A stretch of DNA of 55,270 bases from a virus (lineage: Duplodnaviria; Caudoviricetes): positions 1 to 55,270 of IMG/VR virus record IMGVR_UViG_3300032156_000013; one strand, given 5' to 3'. Positions 41,998 to 51,883 of this stretch are shown here, in pieces; positions within the stretch are counted from its first letter, which is position 1, and the number at the start of each line of letters is the position of its first letter. Below the pieces are notes generated by a model. It did no database searches and was not told where the DNA came from. It saw only the letters and a list, made by a program, of their open reading frames with translations. A program made the translations under genes and the position numbers.

Positions 41998-43503
41998 TCA
42001 ATTTTCTGCTATCTTATTTACACCTTTAACCAATTCAATCATAGCACCCACAAACTCATCTTGCTTCTTCTCTATTACTTCTTCTTTCTTCTTTATCTCT
42101 TCTTCCTTCTTCTTTATCTCTTCTTCGCCTACCTGCAACAAAGTAACTTTTATATAATATTTATCCCCACCTGGATACGGTTTACCAAGTCCCAGCGCAC
42201 TCCTCATTTGATTTGGAGTCATTGCACCATTTTCTATCAAGGTATTATACCTAATGGTTTCTTTATCAAAATCCCTTACATCCATAGGCACAAATTCAAA
42301 ACTGTAATATACACAGCCCAAACCTTCTTGCAATATTTTGCTATTTATAATACTTGCAAGCTTCGTCTGTAACGGTTCTACCACAGATTCTGCATAAATA
42401 TGCGTAGCTTCTACAGCCACATTTCCTCCAAGTGAACCTATTACTCTTACTCCTATCCTTTCAGGTGGCATTCGATAAGCAATTAGTACATCGTCTACTA
42501 ATGATTGCTGATAAAACCTGAAACTACTTTCTTTTGTCTCTGTAATTAATGGTGTATAAACAAACTTGCATCCATCAGGAACTTCAAACACCATTGTCTT
42601 ATGTGCATTATCAGTATTTCTTACCTCACTATCGAGAAAATCTCTTATCTTTTTAGCAGAACCTGCTTCCCATTCTCCTTCTAGAGTTATCAACGCTACC
42701 GGGACCCCATAATTTTCAAAAAACGCCAGGTTATAATCTCTAATACTTATCAGTCCTACAACCGAACCTATAGCCGATATAATATTTGGCACTCCGTAAT
42801 AACTCGATTTTGAATAATACTTCTTGAAATATATAAGTTCATTTGCTTTATTTTTATCTTCTGCTTTCGAGCCTACTATTTCTCCAGTTTCTGCCGATAT
42901 ATCTTTCTCTTCACCATACTTCTTAAACCAAACTTTGCTATTATTCCTCAACTGACAAAATTTTTTACTGTTCTTATGCACCCTAAAAGTATGTGCAGGT
43001 ATATGATATAATTCGCTTATCTCAGTTACTTTAGTATTCAAATTTTTACTCTTCACTACTTCGATTCCGAACCATCCTACCGAACCTAAGTCTACAATCG
43101 CTTTATTCAATATCTCTCTCAGGGAGTCCTCTGGATTAGGTTTATCTATCAACTTTTGTATTTTTTCTTTCTCTGCCTTCGTTTCATCATTTTCTTCGGT
43201 CCCTTCTTCTAAAACCAAATTATATCCCCTCCCTGCCACGTCCTCTGCTATTTGTTCCACACATGCTGAGAATATAGAATTACTTTCGAATAATGTCAAT
43301 AAACTACTTGGATTATAAGGTGGGGATACTAAACTTTTTATACCAAACGATAACGCTTCTTCCTGAAGCTGTTTTGATTCCTTCTTTATTTCATATCTAT
43401 TAAGGACAGATATAGGATATACTCCTTTAGTTGTCCTTACAAACTGCCTTCCGACAGTTCTACTGTCTCCAACTGTCACTCTACCTTTCTTTTTCTCTGT
43501 CAT
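41998..43503 (-). CDS. Portal protein (PBSX/HK97-like)
   Basis: PPYNP..L, LYHIPAHTFR, NELI.F..Y...S.YYGVP, FFEN.G.P, AY.MPP..IG, TPN..R..LG. Confidence 0.92.
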   Translation of the reverse strand: MTEKKKGRVTVGDSRTVGRQFVRTTKGVYPISVLNRYEIKKESKQLQEEALSFGIKSLVSPPYNPSSLLTLFESNSIFSACVEQIAEDVAGRGYNLVLEEGTEENDETKAEKEKIQKLIDKPNPEDSLREILNKAIVDLGSVGWFGIEVVKSKNLNTKVTEISELYHIPAHTFRVHKNSKKFCQLRNNSKVWFKKYGEEKDISAETGEIVGSKAEDKNKANELIYFKKYYSKSSYYGVPNIISAIGSVVGLISIRDYNLAFFENYGVPVALITLEGEWEAGSAKKIRDFLDSEVRNTDNAHKTMVFEVPDGCKFVYTPLITETKESSFRFYQQSLVDDVLIAYRMPPERIGVRVIGSLGGNVAVEATHIYAESVVEPLQTKLASIINSKILQEGLGCVYYSFEFVPMDVRDFDKETIRYNTLIENGAMTPNQMRSALGLGKPYPGGDKYYIKVTLLQVGEEEIKKKEEEIKKKEEVIEKKQDEFVGAMIELVKGVNKIAEN

Positions 43504-43518
43504 AATCTTACTCCTTCC

Positions 43519-43692
43519 TTACCTGCAATGATGGCACTTGCTACATAAAATTGAAAGCTTGCCTCCATTGAGTTTTTCTAACTGTTTTAACGAATAATCA
43601 GGATCTGTTAACTGTTCTAATGAAAGTTCACTTGGATCTCTGAATTTAGGTTCAATTACTCTCTGAATATCTTTATCAATTACTTTTAACAT
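43519..43692 (-). CDS. 57-aa peptide ending CSKCHHCR
   Basis: Below the track cutoff; AAGGAG SD; MLKVIDKDIQRVIEPKFRDPSELSLEQLTDPDYSLKQLEKLNGGKLSILCSKCHHCR. Confidence 0.7.
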   Translation of the reverse strand: MLKVIDKDIQRVIEPKFRDPSELSLEQLTDPDYSLKQLEKLNGGKLSILCSKCHHCR

Positions 43693-43707
43693 TTTATTTC
43701 TCCTTTC

Positions 43708-45189
43708 TTACGTAGTAACTCTTCCTTTTTTAGCCCTCTTCACTATAGATATACAAGCCATAGCATTCGACCAAAATGAATCTCCATGCCCTTCTCCTGT
43801 CTCCGGAGAATTCAAATCATTATCCACGCATATTATCATTTCTCTTTGTCTCTCATTATACAACAATCTGAACCTTTCGTCACCCATTACTTTTTCTAAT
43901 GCTGCTGCCATTAAATATTTTACTTTAGATGTAAAAACGATCGGCTTCATTGCTTTTGGTAGTTCTCCTCTTTCTGCATAACTCTCAAGCTCCGCTCTGG
44001 TATTATCGTAATAAAGCCTAACAATCTTGAACTTATCACATGCCATTTTTAAATACTCTACTTGTCTTCCATACCCCCAACCGTCCATCCACTTTTGATG
44101 AACCTGTATTATATTTTCTCCAAATGCACTAAACACCGACAAATGAGATGGATTTCTTTTCTTGCCTACATCAAACCCCCCGAAGCACATACCTTTAACT
44201 TTCTCCGGCATATCCCACATATCTTTTAAATTTTTATCCATCTTTTCATTTACTTCATCAAAAGTAAAGTAAGCATCCTCACTTCTCACCGGAGAACACT
44301 GATACTCTTTATTGAATATCTTCTCGGAACCATTTAATTCAAATTCAAGAATTTCCATTAATCTCTCATAATTTATAAACTCTGGCCATAATACTTCTTT
44401 TCTATCCCGGTCAATTATTGCCTTATACAGATTCCAACTATATTTCTTATTCCCTTTCAATTGGAAAAATAAATCCGTAGAATCCTGTGCAGTACCTATT
44501 ACGTGCATCCTTCCTACTACTTCTTTCGGAAATGAAGCTATCTGCTCGAAGAATATCTTATTCAACTTTTTCATCGTTGAGTACTCTAACTTTTCTGTCG
44601 GATCAGCCAGAATATCATCACATAACACCTCGTGTGGATGCTTACCTCTTTTAAAACTTCCCATGCCTTCAGGTTTACAGTTAAACTCACAGCCCTTGAA
44701 ATAATACTTCATTACAGAATTCGCATCAGATATCTTTATCCAGTCTCCAAAATACGGGTTTATAAGAACATATCTGTTTATATTTTCAATGTGCTCTCCT
44801 GCCATACTCATCTTATAGCTTATATAAAGCATATCGTACAGCATAGTTCTTTTCTTTACTATTTTTGCATCATACCAGATCCCATACATTCTCCACATAA
44901 CGTAGGCATAAAACGTATGGCTTTTGAGATGTTTTCTCGGTCCTAATGTTGCTGTCCTAGTATTTGTTTGCATTCTGTCTGCCCACTCACGAATATGTTT
45001 CCCCCATTCAAATCTACCTTCTAGAGTTTCTACAGATATGCTAAATATCGTTAAATAAAAATACCAGAAATTATGTCTTGCGTAAAGTAACGTTTCATCC
45101 CAAGTGAGACTGTTCTCCTGCTTTTTCTCCCCCAATTCCACGTAATTTATTGTCAATTCGCTCAAGCTCCTTTTTTTTATCCTCCTCAC
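43708..45189 (-). CDS. terL: Terminase large subunit
   Basis: Walker A variant PRKHLKS, RG.HP..VLCDD, IGT, LWPE, F..EYQC.P; nuclease G.DVG...HGDSFWS.A. The true start may be the internal GTG. Confidence 0.92.
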   Translation of the reverse strand: MRRIKKRSLSELTINYVELGEKKQENSLTWDETLLYARHNFWYFYLTIFSISVETLEGRFEWGKHIREWADRMQTNTRTATLGPRKHLKSHTFYAYVMWRMYGIWYDAKIVKKRTMLYDMLYISYKMSMAGEHIENINRYVLINPYFGDWIKISDANSVMKYYFKGCEFNCKPEGMGSFKRGKHPHEVLCDDILADPTEKLEYSTMKKLNKIFFEQIASFPKEVVGRMHVIGTAQDSTDLFFQLKGNKKYSWNLYKAIIDRDRKEVLWPEFINYERLMEILEFELNGSEKIFNKEYQCSPVRSEDAYFTFDEVNEKMDKNLKDMWDMPEKVKGMCFGGFDVGKKRNPSHLSVFSAFGENIIQVHQKWMDGWGYGRQVEYLKMACDKFKIVRLYYDNTRAELESYAERGELPKAMKPIVFTSKVKYLMAAALEKVMGDERFRLLYNERQREMIICVDNDLNSPETGEGHGDSFWSNAMACISIVKRAKKGRVTT

Positions 45190-45745
45190 TATACTGGGAT
45201 ACGGATTTTATATTAGATATTTCTATAACTTCAGGAACTCTCGTAATTACACCTGACTTCATTTTAGCTTCCTGCAGGTCTACCAGTAAGCTATGCAAAT
45301 CTCTTGCCACCTGGGATCTTGAACTTAACGGGACAGGTGCTTTTGCCTCGAAATTTCCCGCATCCATAAATCTCTTCCTTTGTTCTGTCACCAACTCCTC
45401 CATCATTAATATTTCATTTACTCTATAAGGAGCTTCTTTTATAAATTTTTCCATTCTTTCTATAGGATTTTTGATTTCCCTAGGTATCTTTCTGTTAAGA
45501 AGACAAAACCCCCGTAAGCTAAAATCTTCATTATATTTCTTCTTTGCTATTATCACTAATTCCCTATATGGTACATCAGCTAATAAAAGCTCTATATATA
45601 TTGCCCTGTTTTTTGACCTATCAAATTTTGTTCTTCCTTTTGGGACTTGTGCATTTATCCATTTAGTAACGTCTACATCGTAATCGTTACTTTTTTTCAC
45701 TTCCTCGTCTATTTCATCATCCTTTTCGGTATTTCCCTCTACCAC
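45095..45745 (-). CDS. terS: Putative terminase small subunit
   Basis: Helical HTH-like protein directly upstream of and overlapping TerL. Confidence 0.55.
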   Translation of the reverse strand: MVEGNTEKDDEIDEEVKKSNDYDVDVTKWINAQVPKGRTKFDRSKNRAIYIELLLADVPYRELVIIAKKKYNEDFSLRGFCLLNRKIPREIKNPIERMEKFIKEAPYRVNEILMMEELVTEQRKRFMDAGNFEAKAPVPLSSRSQVARDLHSLLVDLQEAKMKSGVITRVPEVIEISNIKSVSQYSEEDKKKELERIDNKLRGIGGEKAGEQSHLG

Positions 45746-45774
45746 TTTTTTTCATCATCCTTCTTACTATTTTT

Positions 45775-46566
45775 TTATTCTTCCTTTACTTCACGGGTTT
45801 TCAGGTATTCGAGCTTTATCAACCTTTCCATTATCACGTTGATGTCTTCTTTGTTTTCCAAACACACATCTGTTATCTTTTTCAATTCGTTCCATAACAT
45901 CTTGGAGCATTGTATCATCAAATTCTTCTTCCCACCGTAATCAAACCACATATAGTTGTATTTTAATGTCGTTCCGTATTGGCTAAAAAGCAAATTTAAC
46001 GCATTCGATAATCCTTCTACAGTTTTAATTTCCTGTTTCGTCTCTTTCAATTTTTTTCTCATCTCCGGTGACAGATCCTTCAATACCTCCTTATATATTC
46101 TTTCAAATTCATTCTCCTCCACCAGAGCCATCATGGTTTTCGTAGTTTCTTCTCCATATTTCTCCGACAATTCATCAAACAGTTCAGTAAATTTCAACGG
46201 GTCTATTTTCCCTCTTATGACATTCATTCTCATCGAGATAAATTTCTGTCTATCTTGATCTTCCAATTCAATTACGGTACAAGGAATCTTTTTCTGGCCT
46301 AAGACTTTGAGTGCTTTATATCTATGTTCCCCATCAACTATTCTATATTTTCCTTTATCTTCTACTACCAACACCCTTTGGACGTTATCTATTTCTTCGA
46401 TATTTTTCACCAATTCTGAAAATTTATCATCGCTCATTCTATTCGGGTTCCAAGTATTCGGTTCTATCAATTCTACAGCTATGTCTTTTTCTACAGCTTT
46501 TTTTCTACTATCCTCAAAAAACTTTTTTCTTTTTCTATTTTCTATTTCTATATTTTCATCCTTCAT
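45775..46566 (-). CDS. ParB/Srx N-terminal domain protein
   Basis: PNTWNPNRM....F..L..NI...YRIVDGEHRYKALK.LG...IPC. Confidence 0.88.
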   Translation of the reverse strand: MKDENIEIENRKRKKFFEDSRKKAVEKDIAVELIEPNTWNPNRMSDDKFSELVKNIEEIDNVQRVLVVEDKGKYRIVDGEHRYKALKVLGQKKIPCTVIELEDQDRQKFISMRMNVIRGKIDPLKFTELFDELSEKYGEETTKTMMALVEENEFERIYKEVLKDLSPEMRKKLKETKQEIKTVEGLSNALNLLFSQYGTTLKYNYMWFDYGGKKNLMIQCSKMLWNELKKITDVCLENKEDINVIMERLIKLEYLKTREVKEE

Positions 46567-46734
46567 TCTTCTACCCCCTAAAGTGGTTTATATTAGTATG
46601 TGGGTTGTCTTTTCAATTGCACTAGCATTATTTACGAGCATTTTTAAAAATGCCCGAAAGTGTTATTATATAAGGGTTACAGCGTTTTCGTCGATTTCTA
46701 ACCCTTTTTCGGTTGTTTCTAAACCTTTTTTTCT

Positions 46735-48201
46735 TTAAAACCCTTTTTCGTTATTAACTATGGACTTACTGTGTCGTTCTATTTTTTCGCCGATTCTAAA
46801 TTTCGCCATTTCTGAATCACAAATATCTTTCAATCCCTGATTTTTCAACCATTTATAAATTCTGTATTTGCTTGGCATTCCCCTCGTTACTGGCCTATTT
46901 TTCGTAAACGAATTACTATTTTTTATCATTCTATCATAAAATTCTTCTAAAGAAACTATACCTGAAGATTCTGATAACGTTTTTTCTAATAATTCCTTAA
47001 CGCATTCAATCGAAGTCACAAATCCTGAACGTTGACCTATTTTATCTTTCATAAATTCTAATCTTTGGATTCCGTAATTCATTCCTTCCCCGTACGTATC
47101 TTTAACGAATTTTCTGATTTTCTCCATTTCTCCTTGGCTTTCATCATAATTTTCGTATACATACCTAAGCATCATTTTCGCTTCATCAAAATTCTTGTAC
47201 AAGAATTTATAATCTTCATACCTTTCTCTTATTAATCCTTTCACCCAATACAGTTTCGGCAATATTACCACCGGGCCAGCATACATCATCTGTAAAATCC
47301 CTAAAGTAAGACCTTCATGTATTGAACAAGACAATACTACATCAGCTCTCACCATTTCCTCTGCGAATTTATCAAACGAACAATTATATATGAACCTTAT
47401 CTCCTTATATTTTTTCTTCCATTTATTGCCCATCTTGGATTCCGCACGAGGCGAAGTCACTACTATTTCTACATTTCTTCCAAAAGCATAAAACAAATCA
47501 TATATTTCCAGTAATTGTTTTGCCCTTTTTGAACAGTTCAACCTACCACCAAAAAAAACTACAAATTTTTCGTTAACTATCCTATTTTTTTTGTAAACAT
47601 CTATTTTTGCCGACGGTATATTGTGCGGTATTACTACCGAATTCTGTATTATTTTATCTACTACCGCTCCCCTTACGTAGTGTGTTGCTGAGTTTATTGC
47701 TTTTGCCATTTCTACCTCACTGTCGAATATAGGACACTCATAAGCATACGCCATCGCTCTAGTCACCATCTCAAGATCGGTGATTTTCGTCTGACCCTTA
47801 TTCCTGTCTATTGATTCAAATACTTCTATAAACACCGGTATGCTGTTTCTTTTAGTCCTGAAATCCCATAACATCCTCCCCATCATCATGGCTGCCTGAG
47901 TTCTGTTAGTCCACACAGCATCAATAGGATAATACCCTATCCTCTCATTAAACATCCTCAAAAAGCCTTCTGGAATTTCTACTTCTTGATCGTAATACAG
48001 AGACTTGTCATCATCATACCATAATATCTTGGTATTTTCTATTTCAGGCAGTTTTCCCTGAAATCTTAGCGGTGCATACAGATACAAATACAAAGGCTCC
48101 TTACCTTTGAACATCTCATCAGCAAGATCTTTAAAATCCAAAAATTCACTTGCCCCACTGGCATTTGATATAGTCCATATGGGAGCTATCAGCAATCTCA
48201 T
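46735..48201 (-). CDS. GT-B (GT4-like) glycosyltransferase
   Basis: VIP, FGGRL...K, ADV.LS.S.HEGL.LGILQMM.AG.VVI.P; extra C-terminal domain. Confidence 0.85.
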   Translation of the reverse strand: MRLLIAPIWTISNASGASEFLDFKDLADEMFKGKEPLYLYLYAPLRFQGKLPEIENTKILWYDDDKSLYYDQEVEIPEGFLRMFNERIGYYPIDAVWTNRTQAAMMMGRMLWDFRTKRNSIPVFIEVFESIDRNKGQTKITDLEMVTRAMAYAYECPIFDSEVEMAKAINSATHYVRGAVVDKIIQNSVVIPHNIPSAKIDVYKKNRIVNEKFVVFFGGRLNCSKRAKQLLEIYDLFYAFGRNVEIVVTSPRAESKMGNKWKKKYKEIRFIYNCSFDKFAEEMVRADVVLSCSIHEGLTLGILQMMYAGPVVILPKLYWVKGLIRERYEDYKFLYKNFDEAKMMLRYVYENYDESQGEMEKIRKFVKDTYGEGMNYGIQRLEFMKDKIGQRSGFVTSIECVKELLEKTLSESSGIVSLEEFYDRMIKNSNSFTKNRPVTRGMPSKYRIYKWLKNQGLKDICDSEMAKFRIGEKIERHSKSIVNNEKGF

Positions 48202-49230
48202 CTATCTTTCCTCCGAATCTCCTACTACTTCTCCTAAACATCTTTTCGTGAAATAGTCTTCGGTTAATTCTTTAGGCATCCAATCAGGATTTTTCTTATA
48301 CCAATCTATAGTCATCTTCATACCTTGGTTAAAAGTTAACCTATTCTTCCATCCAAGTATCTTAGAAGTCTCATACGGATTTATATACTTCACTTTTATA
48401 TCGAGAGGTCTTCCACTCACATATTTTATTTTAGTATTCGGTATAAAAGATTGCACTACTCCTGCCATTTCTTTTACAGTAACCTTGTAATCTGGAACTA
48501 AAGAAAACACCCGGCTATTTACTCCATCATCTTCAAGTGCAATCGCTACTCCTCTTACTGTTTCTCCTACATATATATGCTGTCTCCACTGGCTACCATC
48601 TCCATGTATCTCAAGAGGCAACCCCTTCATTGCTCTTCTAATGAAAATGTCATCTACTACACCAGGCCTCATTCTTGGACCATACGTTGTCCCGAATCTA
48701 GTAATTATATATTTCTTATTATTTAGATATGCCCAATCTCTAACACACATCTCCATAGCTACCTTATTACTCACATATGGATGATAGGACAATCCTGTAT
48801 CAAGCCATGTTTCGTTAGCTTCTACTTCGTCTTCATAACCTCCATAATAACGCATCTCACTCTCTAGCAATCCTGATATTAGACTTGAGGACGCTATTAG
48901 CACTTTATCGAGATACTTCCCACCTTGATCTAAAAGCCTCGATAAACCATAAAGCCCGTTCTTGTAATTCTCCGATAACATCTTTCCTGCACTGCAAGTA
49001 TGACTGATGCCAGCAAGATATACTAGAACATTATATCCTCTATCTTTGACTATACTTCCGAAATCATTCAGGGTAGTAACATCTGCTTTTATAAACTTCG
49101 CTTTAAAATCCAAATCAGATATACAACCATCTACTACATCTATTAACAGTACTTCGTGACCTCTCTTATTTAACGTCTCGGCTAAATGCCCGCCTATAAA
49201 ACCTGTTCCCCCTGCTATTACTATTTTCAT
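48202..49230 (-). CDS. NAD-dependent epimerase/dehydratase (extended SDR)
   Basis: GGTGFIG, ASSS, YVSNK (YxxxK), R....YGPRM, GDGSQ.R..IYV. Confidence 0.92.
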   Translation of the reverse strand: MKIVIAGGTGFIGGHLAETLNKRGHEVLLIDVVDGCISDLDFKAKFIKADVTTLNDFGSIVKDRGYNVLVYLAGISHTCSAGKMLSENYKNGLYGLSRLLDQGGKYLDKVLIASSSLISGLLESEMRYYGGYEDEVEANETWLDTGLSYHPYVSNKVAMEMCVRDWAYLNNKKYIITRFGTTYGPRMRPGVVDDIFIRRAMKGLPLEIHGDGSQWRQHIYVGETVRGVAIALEDDGVNSRVFSLVPDYKVTVKEMAGVVQSFIPNTKIKYVSGRPLDIKVKYINPYETSKILGWKNRLTFNQGMKMTIDWYKKNPDWMPKELTEDYFTKRCLGEVVGDSEER

Positions 49231-50408
49231 TTTTTAACCCTCCCCACTGGTGATAAAGAAACTTTCCTATTCAATACTTCATTTATTACGTCCACTGTAT
49301 ACTTAACTTCTTCCTCTGTAGTTATCTCTGACAATGGTAAGCACACATGTCTTTTTGAAAACTCTTCTGCCTGAGGGAAACTTAACATACCCCACCTTCC
49401 GAAATATATCGGTTGTTGATGTATACATACATCATATACATCGCCCGACATTGAAACATCTCTCTTTTCTGTTTCAAGCTTAAACCAACTTTTTGACACT
49501 CCTTCAGGTAACATAGCCATATACTTATAGAAGTTAGACTTTATACCATTAAACTTCATTCTTATTAATTTTTCTGGCCAGTACTTACTATAAAGTGCTG
49601 CTGCCTTTCTTCTATTCTCTAATATTTCATCTATTTCCTTTATCTGTTCACAACCTAGTGCAGCATGGAATTCTGTCATCCGCCAGTTATACCCATCTCT
49701 TATTATTACCGATTCTCCAAAATCACCAGTTCTACCATAATTTCTCATACATTTTGCTTCGGTCTCCCACCGGTCATCATCAAATAAAATCATTCCGCCT
49801 TCTGCTGTATTCAGGACCTTGGTAGCATAAAAGCTCATACAACTTATGTCCTCAAAAGAACCTACCCTTATATTTGGCTGACATAAACCATAATCTCCAT
49901 CTAGCTCAAGCCCTATTGCGTGTGCATTATCGCCTATAAGATATACTCCATTTCTCATACAAACTTCTCTTATTTCTAAACTATCTGTAGCGGTTACTCC
50001 TCCGCAAGGCATTAACACCACTGCCTTTACAATATGATAACGATTATTTATCACGTGTTCTATCTGGCTTGCCGTAAAGTTTATATTATTCTCAATATCT
50101 ATATCTACTAATAAAGGTATACCACCTGCTCTATCTATTGCAGTTACAACTGAGTAAAATCCGTTAGCTGGTATAATTACCTCCTTCCCCCTTACATCTA
50201 TCAATCTCATAGCCAGTTCCAGTGCTGCAGTATCATTACTTACAGATACTGCATGTTTCCTTCCAAGATAACTTGCCATCCTAGCTTCAAATTCTTTAGT
50301 ATTTTTCCCGAGTATTACCATTCCAGACTCTAATATTTTTGCCCATCTCAAAATAGTTCCCCTTTTTACATTATCACTATATACAACTCTTGTGGCTGGG
50401 ACTTTCAT
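49227..50408 (-). CDS. DegT/DnrJ/EryC1/StrS family PLP-dependent sugar aminotransferase
   Basis: EFE, S..TAAL, DNAHAIG, SFYATK (PLP Lys), EGGM, GYNWRM.E..AALG, LP. Confidence 0.93.
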   Translation of the reverse strand: MKVPATRVVYSDNVKRGTILRWAKILESGMVILGKNTKEFEARMASYLGRKHAVSVSNDTAALELAMRLIDVRGKEVIIPANGFYSVVTAIDRAGGIPLLVDIDIENNINFTASQIEHVINNRYHIVKAVVLMPCGGVTATDSLEIREVCMRNGVYLIGDNAHAIGLELDGDYGLCQPNIRVGSFEDISCMSFYATKVLNTAEGGMILFDDDRWETEAKCMRNYGRTGDFGESVIIRDGYNWRMTEFHAALGCEQIKEIDEILENRRKAAALYSKYWPEKLIRMKFNGIKSNFYKYMAMLPEGVSKSWFKLETEKRDVSMSGDVYDVCIHQQPIYFGRWGMLSFPQAEEFSKRHVCLPLSEITTEEEVKYTVDVINEVLNRKVSLSPVGRVKK

Positions 50409-51024
50409 AATTTACCTCCTTATTTTTATAATATACTTGGCTGAGATGCCAAAACCTTTCTGAAATTATCGCTTCAGAGACTCTCCTTGCTATCTCTTTA
50501 TACCCTTCGCAATTCAGATGCACTCCATCAGAATACATGTTTTCGTCTATACCCCTTAATTCGACTAATTTAACTTCGTTATCTTCCGCCATACTTTCTA
50601 TCACTTTATTATATTCTTCTATTCTATGTGAGGATCTTACTGTATAATCAGGGCACCCGAAACCAACCATATCTGGGATAGTACACAAATACACTTTCTT
50701 CTTACAAACTTTAGCTACTCTCAATATTTGTTCTATATTCTCTTTGAATATTTCTACCGGCGTTATGATGTTATCTTTCGAATCATTTGTGCCGGTTAGA
50801 AATATTACCTCATAACATTCGGGATACTTTCTAATCGTCTTATACACCCTAGTTGCTAATTCTGAAGACGTTTCTCCAGGTAATCCTTCCGCTATGGCTA
50901 CCCAACCTTGATCATACTTTTCACTTAATATCTTTCCAAGATAAAAAGCATAATCTCTTCCATAATTTTCCCTACTTCCATAGGTGAGGGAGTCTCCTAT
51001 ACACAATATAAAACCGTATACCAT
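50377..51024 (-). CDS. SGNH/GDSL hydrolase (esterase or acyltransferase)
   Basis: GDSLT, G..GETS, GTND and DGVH blocks. Confidence 0.92.
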   Translation of the reverse strand: MVYGFILCIGDSLTYGSRENYGRDYAFYLGKILSEKYDQGWVAIAEGLPGETSSELATRVYKTIRKYPECYEVIFLTGTNDSKDNIITPVEIFKENIEQILRVAKVCKKKVYLCTIPDMVGFGCPDYTVRSSHRIEEYNKVIESMAEDNEVKLVELRGIDENMYSDGVHLNCEGYKEIARRVSEAIISERFWHLSQVYYKNKEVNYESPSHKSCI

Positions 51025-51791
51025 TATTCCTTATATCCATCCATTTCTTTCAACAGTTTTTCGTAAGGATTTTCTCCTGTTTTATTCTCTAATTTCGATG
51101 ATTCTCTATACCAATAATCTTCTTTCCGACCCATTTCCCTGCCTTTTTCGGTATGCTCATCTAAAAAGAAATCTTTTACAATCGGTTTTTGCCCGTCTTT
51201 CCTGATTTTTAATAAATAACACCAGAGATCATCATTAAATCTATTTTTCTTAGATTTACACAAAAACACTACCGCTTGAGTTATTAACACTCCTTCGTTG
51301 CCTTTCCCATTCTTAAAATCTTGAGATGACATCTTATCGTTTTCGTAACAGGCATGAACCGCCATCGTTGGAATCGGGTCCGCTCCACAATCCTCTGCCG
51401 CTATTATCATTAACCTTCTCCACGCATACCTTATAAATCCGGCCATCACCATGTCTTGGACCAAGAAAACTGCGTTCTCTATATTGCCTCTTCTAACTTC
51501 CTTTTGCAAACCTGATACTGCTACATCTAAAGAAATTCCTGATTTCGTTCTCATCTCGTATTCGCCTTTACTCTCTATCTTTTCTTTAGTTTTTGATTTC
51601 TCTGACTCCCCTTCTAAATCTGTGTCTTCGATTACCCTTTGAATATGCTTACAATCCTCATGACGGTTTATGAAAGCTGGACAGGTACAGGTATATCCTT
51701 CATCTGTCTTGATTACAGTATAGAATTTATCAGGTTCTGTAAAACTTTCTACCTGCCATTTTTGTTTTAATGCTAAATCCTGTTGAACCAT
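51024..51791 (-). CDS. SWIM Zn-finger fused to a RarA/MgsA C-terminal-like helical domain
   Basis: Y.V......CTCPAF.....CKHI, then SGLQKE.RRG....A...WRRL.IIAAED.G...K.R..D...D.HT..G; no AAA+ motor. Confidence 0.8.
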   Translation of the reverse strand: MVQQDLALKQKWQVESFTEPDKFYTVIKTDEGYTCTCPAFINRHEDCKHIQRVIEDTDLEGESEKSKTKEKIESKGEYEMRTKSGISLDVAVSGLQKEVRRGNIENAVFLVQDMVMAGFIRYAWRRLMIIAAEDCGADPIPTMAVHACYENDKMSSQDFKNGKGNEGVLITQAVVFLCKSKKNRFNDDLWCYLLKIRKDGQKPIVKDFFLDEHTEKGREMGRKEDYWYRESSKLENKTGENPYEKLLKEMDGYKE

Positions 51792-51831
51792 TTTCTTCTT
51801 CCTCCTTTCTATTATATTATTTTATAATTAA

Positions 51832-51860
51832 ATTATATCATAGTCTATTTAGAAAGTAAA
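51832..51860 (-). promoter_or_regulatory. sigma70-type promoter for the modification cassette
   Basis: TTTACT-17 nt-TATAAT with extended TG; same -35 and -10 as the promoter at 1730-1758. Confidence 0.65.
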
Positions 51861-51883
51861 GTTTTTTCATATTTTATTACATC

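Noticed and set aside
45775-46566. ParB as evidence of a plasmid-prophage partition system
   Set aside because: No ParA or parS array is visible; the position beside terminase and modification genes fits the packaging/modification-associated ParB-like class better.
46665-46694. Promoter for the parB-terminase genes (TCGACG-18 nt-TATAAT)
   Set aside because: Plausible, but the -35 is weak and the spacing suboptimal, so it was not listed as a feature.
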